Positions 1 through 8,840 of a stretch of DNA of 32,000 bases are shown here, piece after piece. Every line of letters begins with the position of its first letter. The first letter of the stretch is position 1. Below the pieces are notes generated by a model. That model saw nothing but the letters and a program-made list of their open reading frames with translations. It made no database searches and was not told where the DNA came from. Both the position numbers and the translations under genes were made by a program. The stretch comes from an archaeon (lineage in GTDB: Archaea > Asgardarchaeota > Thorarchaeia > Thorarchaeales > Thorarchaeaceae), in the NCBI GenBank assembly GCA_024275415.1, contig JAJRZD010000024.1, forward strand, positions 30,001 to 62,000, given 5' to 3'.

Positions 1-3000
1 TCTTCCCGTTCCCATAGGTTGATGCAATAATCACTGGCCCACCAGAGTCCATCGCAATGACAGACATATTCGATGGAACACCGACCAAGTGTCCATTAGA
101 GTTGACACTGGTGCTTATAGCATTGGGTATCGACACCAATGGATGCCCAGGATCGAGAAGGACGAAAGCAGATGTTGCCTCAGATTGGAATTTGATGTCC
201 CAAGGTAGCCATGAGATATCCTGTGATGCACCGACGATGACAATGACACCACCATTGTAGATGAACTCAGAGAGAGGTTCTGCGTTCGCTACGAGGTCAT
301 CCGAAAGGTAGGTAAGTGCCGACGGCTCGATGACAACAGTCTTTCGTAAATCGAGAAGTTTCAAGAAGTCTGAGAAGTTTGCTGATTCATAGTAGTCGAA
401 CTCTACAGACAATGAAGCGAAACCGTCTGGTAGATAATTGCTGCGCCCTAGAGCTGCAACTGAAGTGACTCCACGTCCGGGGATATGTCCAGACAGATCC
501 AAGGCAGATGGATTCACTGCACTGATTCTGGGATGAGTCGAGGGATTGTATAGAACGATGTCAGGGTCTCCGAAAAGAACCTGCTGATTTCCATAGTCAT
601 TGGGATCGCCTGATTGGGGATTAGTATAGTCATATGAGATTGCTGTCACAGCGTATGCTAGGGAATCCCCTGTCGTGTTACCCTCACCAAGTGACTCGGT
701 AAATAAGATGGAAAGAAGGCCAGCTGCTCTGAAATACACAGTACGGGGAGATGCTACGACTGCGACTGCACCATGCTCCATTAGCATGATTGGTAACTCA
801 GATCCTCCCAAGAGGCACGCAGTAACGACCACTATGGGGGAGCCGATATTCCCTATAGATTGCTCAAGATCCTGCGTGTTTCGGATTATATGATGATTGC
901 TCTCAGGTTCATACACAACAGGATTGACAAGACCCTTGCCATCAATATCCAGAACGCCCTCTTGTTCCTGCCCGTAAGGAATGTCCTCATCCCGCAATGA
1001 GAAAACACCAGGGCCATTTGGACGCTGAGGTGGGTCTGTCGGGGATTCTGTGAGGGTTCCATGTGTGCTGAGCGACCAAAATGCCACCTGTGAAGCAATC
1101 CCCCCATAGACTTCATTCACACCTACGTGGGGACTTATTGTGAAACCAGCATCCTCTAACGGCCCAACGGTTCCGCTAATCTGCTGTATAATATGGGTTT
1201 CCCCGAAATTATCGACATAAGGAGTGGAGTTGAGTGTATAGGCATATAATGTCAGTAATGCTGTGTCTGCGTTATCTGATGTGCGGAAAAGGAAGCGGTG
1301 TAGTGCAGCCCTGTTTATCATTGCTGCCGCGATACGTACATCCTTTGTTGGTATCCTGCCACTGGCAAAATGGCTTTGCAGTGACCTGTCAAAGCTCACC
1401 TTGACCAGATCTGGTGGGGATATTATTATAGCACTCTGGGTCATTGATTCGTGGAATGCACCTCTCGTATCAAGAAATGATTTGGTAGAGCTTGCAGAAT
1501 ACTGCATCGAATACTTGTTGGGTATCCGTTCATCATACCAACCATTCTCGGCTCTAGTAGTAAATTGAGCCACCACGAAAATCTCAATGTCAGGCCCAAT
1601 CTGATACGGAGCCCAAGTTTCTTCAGCACGGGTAGTGACCAGATTATCAGAGCCACACAGAGAATATATTGATGCACCGTGAGACGCAGCAGAGTATGCA
1701 GCAGGAGCAAAAAGCTCATTGCCTCTGCCCAACGGTACTGTCAGAACGACGTCCATCTCTCCAGAAAGTGTATGAATCATGTTTGTCACTGCTGCATAGC
1801 TGCTCATTACGCTAACGAAGAACGAATCATTCAGTTCATCAACAACGGATTGTGCATGATAGTTCGCTGGATCCACGAAGATAAGGGTGGTAGCTCCTAA
1901 TTGCTCCAGTGCCCACGTAGTTATTGAAGGAACAGCATCATTGTACACATAGAGCAGAGGGGCGTTCAGGAGAGAGGCAAGAACTGCACCATTCGCAGCA
2001 GACTCCAAAGTAGGCTGTAAATCTGCAGGAAGAGTTTCTACGTCCCACTCGATGTTGACGTTGTTGGTTTCTGCAGTGGGATCCACCCAAGCACCAACTA
2101 TTGTCCACGCGCCACTCATGGGGTAAGGCATCTGCATGGACTTGAAGCCAGCTCCTCCGAAGATGCTCTCGGCTGGAGACCACATGATTAGACGACCAGT
2201 GGGGTCGATAAGCGCAAAGTTCAGGGTGGTTCCAGCATTGTCCCATGTGGCACTGATGTTCAGCCACTTAGCTCTATCAGGTACATTGATTGTTTCGGAA
2301 AACCCGGGATAGTATGTAAGAAAACCATTAATCGCAATGTCACGTGTTATTTGCGATTGTGGTTTCATGATCATGGTCCATTCGCCTGCAGTAGTGATGG
2401 GATACCAGAAATAGAGAGGAAGAGGACGGTCAATATAGCCAAGTCCGGTGTTCCGTTCAAATATCACTTGTCGATAGACCGAATAATCGACGGGTCTACC
2501 TAGGGGATCTTCAAGTCTATGCGTGAATATCTCACTCCCAGTCCAATTGAACGCGCCCTCCATCCAGCCAACACCAGCGGGAGGAGTAAACGTAATTCCC
2601 GTTTCCGTTGTGGAACTCACAGTTGCAGCCACTTGATAAGAGCTGATGCTGGCACCATTGAATGTGTATGAAGCCGAACCAGAGCTTGTGGTTGGATTTG
2701 CAAATGAGTCCTTAGCAAGAGCAAGAACAACTGTATCAGCGTATCTCCAGTCATTCAAGGCAATCTTGGCTGCTACCTCAGCAGAAGTGGCACCCTTGAT
2801 CTGAGGGTATACTTTTGTTTCAGTCAGGTCTTGAATCTCCCTGATTTCAGAGAAGGGCATGTCGCCAATAGTAATTACTTCTGAAATCCCGTTGTCTGGA
2901 GAGAGGTAGGCTTTCCAATCCTCCAGAAGCCAATTCTCTGAATCAGTCCCACCTGTATAGAGTAGCGGTGAGATGTACTTGGTTCCACCTGCATAGAAGA

Positions 3001-3241
3001 TGGAACTTGGAATCGCCGCAATGTAGGAGAAGTCATCAACATAGGAGGACGGATCATCTGACACGAAGGTGACCCTGCTAACTGGTGTTGGTGTATCTGG
3101 AACATCGCTGAGTTGCATGATTCCATTCGACTCAGCCCACGGAACACTGGCATAACGTTGTATTTCAAACGAAAGCGGAAGAATGAGCGTAGGAAGCATA
3201 AGAAAGAGAATGGCACATGAAACGGCGAGTATCCTGTACAT
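1..3241 (-). CDS. Large secreted/membrane-anchored protein with CWB2-like motif and C25 (gingipain-like) cysteine peptidase domain; 3' end outside window
   Basis: Hand-translated continuous minus frame from ATG 3241 (or TTG 3250) to the window edge; absent from the ORF track because it has no stop in the window. Hydrophobic N-terminus MYRILAVSCAILFLMLPTLILP, ESAANGAVLASLLNAPLLYV, and C25-like motifs STHG, VTACLLG, GAVAVVASPRTVY, VLFGDP. Confidence 0.7.
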   Translation of the reverse strand, partial: MYRILAVSCAILFLMLPTLILPLSFEIQRYASVPWAESNGIMQLSDVPDTPTPVSRVTFVSDDPSSYVDDFSYIAAIPSSIFYAGGTKYISPLLYTGGTDSENWLLEDWKAYLSPDNGISEVITIGDMPFSEIREIQDLTETKVYPQIKGATSAEVAAKIALNDWRYADTVVLALAKDSFANPTTSSGSASYTFNGASISSYQVAATVSSTTETGITFTPPAGVGWMEGAFNWTGSEIFTHRLEDPLGRPVDYSVYRQVIFERNTGLGYIDRPLPLYFWYPITTAGEWTMIMKPQSQITRDIAINGFLTYYPGFSETINVPDRAKWLNISATWDNAGTTLNFALIDPTGRLIMWSPAESIFGGAGFKSMQMPYPMSGAWTIVGAWVDPTAETNNVNIEWDVETLPADLQPTLESAANGAVLASLLNAPLLYVYNDAVPSITTWALEQLGATTLIFVDPANYHAQSVVDELNDSFFVSVMSSYAAVTNMIHTLSGEMDVVLTVPLGRGNELFAPAAYSAASHGASIYSLCGSDNLVTTRAEETWAPYQIGPDIEIFVVAQFTTRAENGWYDERIPNKYSMQYSASSTKSFLDTRGAFHESMTQSAIIISPPDLVKVSFDRSLQSHFASGRIPTKDVRIAAAMINRAALHRFLFRTSDNADTALLTLYAYTLNSTPYVDNFGETHIIQQISGTVGPLEDAGFTISPHVGVNEVYGGIASQVAFWSLSTHGTLTESPTDPPQRPNGPGVFSLRDEDIPYGQEQEGVLDIDGKGLVNPVVYEPESNHHIIRNTQDLEQSIGNIGSPIVVVTACLLGGSELPIMLMEHGAVAVVASPRTVYFRAAGLLSILFTESLGEGNTTGDSLAYAVTAISYDYTNPQSGDPNDYGNQQVLFGDPDIVLYNPSTHPRISAVNPSALDLSGHIPGRGVTSVAALGRSNYLPDGFASLSVEFDYYESANFSDFLKLLDLRKTVVIEPSALTYLSDDLVANAEPLSEFIYNGGVIVIVGASQDISWLPWDIKFQSEATSAFVLLDPGHPLVSIPNAISTSVNSNGHLVGVPSNMSVIAMDSGGPVIIASTYGNGK

Positions 3242-3321
3242 CTTCTTCAATTGAAAGGTCTCCTTTGCAGTTCCTGCATAGTTACAAGAGAATGCAAAAA
3301 GAGTTTTCCTGCATGGTACAT

Positions 3322-4191
3322 TTACTCGATATCTGTGAACTCTAACAGGTCCTCATCAACCTCATCAATGCCATCATCAAGAACCTCTGGCAATGCATCG
3401 CGAATGTCGTCGATATCCTTACGTAGACGCCTCCGCGTAGACTTTGGGATGTCCCACATCTTTTGCTCGGCTCGGTCAAGAACCTCTCGTGCAATATCAT
3501 ATATTTCAGAGTCAAGATAACATTGTGCAGCTTCTACGAAGCACTCGGCGGCCTTCTTCTGATTCCCTTTCATCTCTGCGATATCACCGATGAGGGACAA
3601 TGCATCTGCAATACCGGCCTTGTCGTCCATCTGGCGGTATAATGCAAGGGCCTTCTTGAAGGTCTTGTTGGCGGTTTCGTAGTCTTCCTTATCAGCGTAG
3701 GCACTACCAAGATCCATCAGGGTGCTGGCGATTCCTTGTTCATTATTGGCCTTCTTGTAGGCTCTTTGTGCCTGTTTGAACAATGCAACACCACCTTCAA
3801 AGTCACCTTTGCCAAGAGTTGCAAGCGCTAGTCCGTAGGTCGCATCAGCGACACCATCTTGATTGTCCAGCTTCTTGAAGAGATCCATAGCACTCTTGCA
3901 TGTGGTGACTGCCTCGTCCCACTGTTCAAGATTGATTTGTGCGACCCCTAGATTGTACATCGTATCACTAATGCCAGTCGCGTCCTGTAGATCCTCATAG
4001 ATCTTCATTGCCTTCTCAAAACAAGGCAATGCCTCATCGTATTCGGCTACAGACATATAGACATTGCCGGCTGCGTTGTATACTTTCCCAGCAAAGTCCA
4101 GTTCATTGGACTCTTCTGCCTTCTTAGCCTGTTCAAGCAGTTGTATTGGATCCATTTCATCAAGCGGACTTTCTTCCGTCAATGCTTGCAC
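3322..4191 (-). CDS. Tetratricopeptide-repeat protein with acidic C-terminal tail
   Basis: Repeated ~40-aa TPR-like units (A..YNxAGxVY, MYNLGVAQ, TYGLALAT, LMDLGSAY, LSLIGDIA); tail DDGIDEVDEDLLEFTDIE. Confidence 0.85.
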   Translation of the reverse strand: MQALTEESPLDEMDPIQLLEQAKKAEESNELDFAGKVYNAAGNVYMSVAEYDEALPCFEKAMKIYEDLQDATGISDTMYNLGVAQINLEQWDEAVTTCKSAMDLFKKLDNQDGVADATYGLALATLGKGDFEGGVALFKQAQRAYKKANNEQGIASTLMDLGSAYADKEDYETANKTFKKALALYRQMDDKAGIADALSLIGDIAEMKGNQKKAAECFVEAAQCYLDSEIYDIAREVLDRAEQKMWDIPKSTRRRLRKDIDDIRDALPEVLDDGIDEVDEDLLEFTDIE

Positions 4192-4245
4192 CTCAGTGGT
4201 ATTAGACGAGATTTAGCATCGGGCTTTTGAATCCTTCTGCTCATG

Positions 4246-4956
4246 CTATTTTCGCATTACGAGTACAGGGTTTTCGAGAAGCGGACGAACTGAGTCATTT
4301 ACTGAGAACTCCTCATCGCCAACTTGGACTGTAAGTAATTTCCTTAGTTCGAAGCGTCTTAGATACCCAACAGCCTGTTCGCGTGAAATGTTCAAATCTC
4401 CCATCAGCTTGGTAAGTCCATCTGGTGCTCCACTATATTGTGCGAATTTCGAGAACACTGAACTCCACTGCATCATACTAAGATACAGTAGTGTCCTGAG
4501 CATGTTATCGACATTCTTACCGGTCTTTGCAGATACAGGTATCACTGGAAGTCCAGCAAGAAATCGCATACTGTTTCGGAGCTGGTCAACATGGCGGGAT
4601 TCTTCGAGGTCTTGTTTATTTGCTGCAACAACACATGGTACACCAGGGAGGAAGAAAGCCACTTCTCTAAAGAACAGCTTGGCACGAGCATCAGACTCTG
4701 CGTCGACCGAGTCCACAACAAAGACGATTCCATCAGCACCAGAGCTAAGAATCTTGCGCATCGTCCTGAACCGCAGCAGTCCTGGTGTTCCAAATAGGAA
4801 TACGTTTAGACCGTCAATATTCGCCAACCCGTGATCCATTGCGATAGTTGTCCCTCGACGCTCGATATTGATACAAGCACCATTTGTGATATGATGGATC
4901 ATGGCGCTCTTTCCTGACTCGTAGGGGCCTGTCACGACAATCTTCATGCGAACCAT
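4246..4956 (-). CDS. MglA/ATP_bind_1-type small GTPase with probable C-terminal winged-helix domain
   Basis: G1 GPYESGKS, TTIAMDHG, G3 GTPGLLRF, G4 NKQD, G5 SAK; C-terminal LTKLMGDLNISREQAVGYLRRFELRKLL looks like an HTH. Confidence 0.85.
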   Translation of the reverse strand: MVRMKIVVTGPYESGKSAMIHHITNGACINIERRGTTIAMDHGLANIDGLNVFLFGTPGLLRFRTMRKILSSGADGIVFVVDSVDAESDARAKLFFREVAFFLPGVPCVVAANKQDLEESRHVDQLRNSMRFLAGLPVIPVSAKTGKNVDNMLRTLLYLSMMQWSSVFSKFAQYSGAPDGLTKLMGDLNISREQAVGYLRRFELRKLLTVQVGDEEFSVNDSVRPLLENPVLVMRK

Positions 4957-5241
4957 TGCCTCTTAGTTTTGTTGCAAATTCTATTGTTGTGACACATGAA
5001 CATACATTGTAAGTCCTTTGTGTATCCAACTAAAGTAACTTGCATTCTTTCTTGTGCTAACACTCGTTAAATGGTTTGTCGTTTCAAACTCCGAGGAATT
5101 CCTTCGTAATCACAAATGCGCATTGAGAAAAACCCAGTGTTTTTAGTACATGACTCGCTTCATTTTAGGGATATTCCTTACATCAGCCATAGAAAAAAGA
5201 CAACTGAAACTGGTGAGAGACCGGCTGCTTGCACAGCTGTC

Positions 5242-5278
5242 CTCCACTCTTTACCCCTCTCGGGTTTGAAGAGCATCA
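5242..5278 (-). promoter_or_regulatory. Candidate SECIS element overlapping the selD stop codon
   Basis: Minus-strand RNA UGAU-GCUCUU-C-AAA-CCC-GAGA-GGG-GUA-AAGAGU-GGAG: UGA/GA quartet, 6-bp helix, unpaired AAA, CCC/GGG mini-stem. Folded by eye. Confidence 0.55.
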
Positions 5279-6319
5279 GGGGAACTCGGTCTCGATGAAC
5301 TGGATGCCTTCGGCGAACCTAGCGACAGGTTCGTCATCGGGCTTGGTCACATTGCCTATCTGCCAGCAGGGAAGACCTTTTTCACGCAACAGTTCAGTAA
5401 ATTGGATTACGTCAGAAGGATCAACAAACACTAGCATTCCGCCAGCTGTTTCAGCCCCATATCCTTCAGCTAGTCTATGTCCAAAGTACTGGGCAAGCTC
5501 GGGCGTTCCACGGATTACTGGAACCCGATCGATAATTATGCCAACACAGCTTAGCGCTGCCACATTGTTAGCATGTCCGAGCAGTCCAAACCCAGTTACA
5601 TCTGTCGCTGCATGAACGCCGACCTTCTGCATCGCTAAAGCCACTTCCTGGTTGCTCTGTGTCATTAGCCGGATTGCGATGTCTTGCATCCAGACTAGCT
5701 CTGGTTCGCTGAACCTCTCAAGGAGAGAATCCCGCTTTTCGTCCTGCAAGTCACGATAGGATCTCATGGCAGGCTGAATCCCTAGAGGTTTTGTCAAAAG
5801 GACAGAATCGCCAGGTTTCGCTCCAGATGAATATATCACGGAATCAGGGGTTGTGATGCCAAGTGCAATCCCGCCAAATACAGGGACAGGGTTCTTGATG
5901 GTCTGTCCGCCGGATAGTGTCCCTCCAATCTCGTCCATGAAGGCACTCATCCCCTTCAAGATACCTACGGGGATATATTCAGGGATATCCTTGGGATAAG
6001 CCAAGAATGCTTGCAGGGACACGATATCAGTAGCGCCCATGGCAAACACATCATTTGTGGCATTGCAAGCCACAATCTTGCCCTGTACGAATGGATCATC
6101 ATGGATTGGGGTGAACACATCCACATTCTCGATGATTGCAGTATGTTCGTTTACAATGCGTACAATGGCATCATCACCAATGAGGTTATTACAGCTTGCA
6201 TCAAGAGGAAGAAGGCCTGCTTGTTGAAGGAGACGTGTTAGGTCATCCTGCTTTACCTTGCAGCTTCAGCCATGAGTAGAAACCAATGCAGTAAGCCGTA
6301 CATCAGGCACTTTTTGCAT
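5276..6319 (-). CDS. selD: Selenide, water dikinase (selenophosphate synthetase), selenoprotein with Sec at codon 18 (TGA 6266-6268); 347 aa
   Basis: ATG 6319 preceded by AAGGAGGT. Translation MQKVPDVRLTALVSTHG-U-SCKVKQDDL...GDDA...NVDVFTPIHDDP joins in frame to ORF 5276..6124, which has NATNDVFAMG, LLTKPLG, TDVTGFGLLGH and ETAGGML. Confidence 0.96.
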
Positions 6320-6338
6320 CAGACCTCCTTTTCTTTGT

Positions 6339-6415
6339 GAGCTATCAGCTCCGCCCCTGCACGGAGTGTTCCGCTATATAACATTCTTGGCAACTCCACT
6401 TCATAATCCTTATAG
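6339..6415. promoter_or_regulatory. Divergent selD/rtcB promoter region with TATA-like boxes and structured selD leader
   Basis: TTATATAG on minus strand near 6374-6381 upstream of selD; CTTATA near 6410 upstream of rtcB; hairpins CTCCG/CGGAG (6349-6366) and GAGCT/AGCTC (6339-6351). Confidence 0.45.
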
Positions 6416-6461
6416 GAACCAAAACTGAGGGTGAGAGTGTTCAGACGCAAGGTGAATCATT

Positions 6462-7907
6462 TTGCGAGTAGAGAGAATTGCCGATCACATCTTCGAGATA
6501 CCGAAAGGAACCAAACCATGGATGAGAGTACCATCACGAATATTCGCATAGGAGATGTTGGTTGAAAAAATGCGGCAGGACAAGACATTCCTGCAATCTG
6601 TAAATACTACTGCCTTACCAGGGATATACAAGTACAGTATCGTACTTCCTGATGGACATCAAGGTTATGGCTTCCCCATAGGAGGAGTCGCTGCAGTTGA
6701 TTATGAGTCTGGAGTCATTTCACCAGGAGGAGTCGGATATGATATCAATTGTGGAGTTCGGGTTCTAAGAACAAATCTGAATATCAGCGATGTCCGCGAC
6801 AAGATCAAGGATCTTGTGAACCAGCTCTGGAATGATATCCCAACGGGGGTGGGAAAGAAAGGCGCCATTCATCTAAGCGGGAATAAGGGAGTTGATGAGG
6901 TTCTAGAGGGCGGAGCTGAATGGGCAGTCGAAAGTGGCTATGGATGGACAAAGGATCTTGACCATCAAGAAGCAAATGGCAGGATTGAGTTGGCTGATGC
7001 CAGCAAGGTTTCATCGCAGGCAAAAAAGAGAGGTTTCTCACAGATAGGAACATTGGGGTCAGGGAATCATTTCTTGGAGATCCAAGTTGTGGATCAAGTG
7101 TATAACGAAGAAGCCGCCAAGGCGATGGGAATCACAGGTGAAGGACAGATAATGGTCATGATTCACAGTGGGTCTCGTGGATTGGGACATCAGGTATGTG
7201 GGGATTACATAAAAATCATGACCGCCGCCATGCGAAAATACAACTTGGAGCTTCCGGATCGCGAGCTGTGTAGTGCACCCACCACATCCCCAGAGGGACA
7301 AGACTACCTTGGTGCTATGAGTGCAGCCGCAAATTATGCCTTTGCGAACCGTCAGTCCATGATGCATTGGGCAAGGGGATCTTTTGCAAAGGTCATGAAC
7401 TCCTCACCGGAAGACCTCGATATGGGCCTCATCTATGATGTGGCTCACAATATGGGTAAAGTGGAGGAACACGAGATTGATGGAAAGCGCCGAAAGGTAG
7501 TAGTACATCGCAAAGGTGCGACCCGCGCGTTCCCACCCAATCATCCCGAAACACCCACTGCATACAAAAATATCGGACAGCCTGTGATCATCCCGGGAAC
7601 CATGGGCACTGCGTCGTACATTCTAGTCGGTGACCAGAGAGGAATGGATTTGACTTTTGGGTCAACTGCACATGGCGCAGGGAGATTCATGAGCCGTTCA
7701 AGGGCAAAGAAGACTTACTTTGGGAAAGAAGTAAAAAGCGACCTAGCAAGTCAGGGAATCATAGTAAAGGCTACCTCTGGAATGGTCATTGCAGAAGAAG
7801 CACCTGGTGCGTACAAGGACGTAGATGAGGTCGTCAATGTGTCAGATGCGGTCGGGATCGCAACAAAGGCAATCAGACTTCGACCTCTAGGAGTCATCAA
7901 GGGATAG
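6462..7907 (+). CDS. rtcB: RtcB RNA ligase, 481 codons, interrupted by in-frame TAG at codon 30 (6549-6551)
   Basis: GGTGA SD (6451-6455), then TTG 6462: LRVERIADHIFEIPKGTKPWMRVPSRIFA*EMLVEKMRQDKT, the archaeal RtcB N-terminus. Downstream PDGHQGYGFPIGG, GYDINCGVR, GTLGSGNHFLE, HSGSRG, HRKGAT, STAHGAGR, EEAPGAYKD, ending KG*. Confidence 0.95.
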
Positions 7908-8828
7908 ATTGGGCGTGTCCCTCTCACGGGCTGCAATATCAACAAGAACCAAAGAGATCCCAAATAGGATGATACCAAATCCCACAAACGTTTGTAGTGT
8001 CGGAATCTCTCCCAGAAAGATTGCAGCGAGAAGTGTAGCTCCTATTGGTTCGCCCAAGACAGCTGCAGATACGACATACGCTGGCACAAGCGTAAGAAGA
8101 TAGTTGTTTACGGAATGACCCAGTGCAGTAGGAAATATCGCCAGGGCTATGAATATCAAAATCTCGATAGTATCAAGTACGATGACATTGATGCCCAATA
8201 GGAAGCACTGTGCAAGGGTGACAACAGAGGCGGTCAGATAGATGCTTGTCGTGTACAGTGAGATTGGAAGCCCTTTGGCATATTTGCGACCTCCGATGAA
8301 ATAGACGGCAAGGAAAAGTCCTGCAAGTAATGCAAGCATATCGCCTGCAAGTGCGCTAGAACCGACGGCTTCCCAGTCACTCCATGCAAGGAAAGCTGCT
8401 CCTGCAACCGCAACAAGAATGCCAGACCAAGACTTCTTTCCAAGAGATTCTCCGAGGACAGCTGTTGATAGGATGGCTGTAAAGATAGGCGAAGTGTTCA
8501 CAAGAACCACACTTGCCGCGACCGTGGTCATGAAGAGAGATGTGAACCAAGTTGAGAAATGGAACGAGAGAACAATCCCTATTACCACAAGCCAATACCA
8601 GTTCTTTCGTACGAGATGGCGCTCTTCCTTTTTGAAGTCTTTACGGGCGATGCCCAAGGAAGCCATTACAATGGCACCATACAGGGTTCTCCAGAAAACA
8701 ATCACTAGCGGTTCAGAATGGCTGAATCGAATCAAAATGCTTGCAGAAGAAACCATAGCCACCGAAAAGACCAGTATTGCGAGGACTTTGACTTGGTTTG
8801 ATTCATTTGATGGGGGATACACCTCCAT
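7887..8828 (-). CDS. EamA/DMT family transporter
   Basis: About 10 hydrophobic helices; motifs TSVAASVVLVNTSPIFTA-like, GDMLAL, EPIGATLLAAIFLGE; overlaps rtcB 3' end by 21 bp convergently. Confidence 0.9.
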   Translation of the reverse strand: MEVYPPSNESNQVKVLAILVFSVAMVSSASILIRFSHSEPLVIVFWRTLYGAIVMASLGIARKDFKKEERHLVRKNWYWLVVIGIVLSFHFSTWFTSLFMTTVAASVVLVNTSPIFTAILSTAVLGESLGKKSWSGILVAVAGAAFLAWSDWEAVGSSALAGDMLALLAGLFLAVYFIGGRKYAKGLPISLYTTSIYLTASVVTLAQCFLLGINVIVLDTIEILIFIALAIFPTALGHSVNNYLLTLVPAYVVSAAVLGEPIGATLLAAIFLGEIPTLQTFVGFGIILFGISLVLVDIAARERDTPNLSLDDS

Positions 8829-8840
8829 GATGAACCACCA

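Noticed and set aside
886-3216. Short ORFs and apparent frameshifts in the left-edge region
   Set aside because: Base-by-base checks at the G6 run (~1100) and the CT repeat (~2900) show a single continuous frame; the listed ORFs are off-frame or antisense shadows.
5092-5144. Three short palindromes (CGAGGAATTCCTTCG, AATGCGCATT, AAAAAC-N5-GTTTTT)
   Set aside because: Short, mutually unrelated, and without further support as operators or an RNA gene.
5265-5271. CUUCAAA resembling the tRNA-Sec anticodon loop
   Set aside because: Flanks do not form an anticodon stem and no T-loop or acceptor stem is present; better explained as part of the SECIS-like hairpin.
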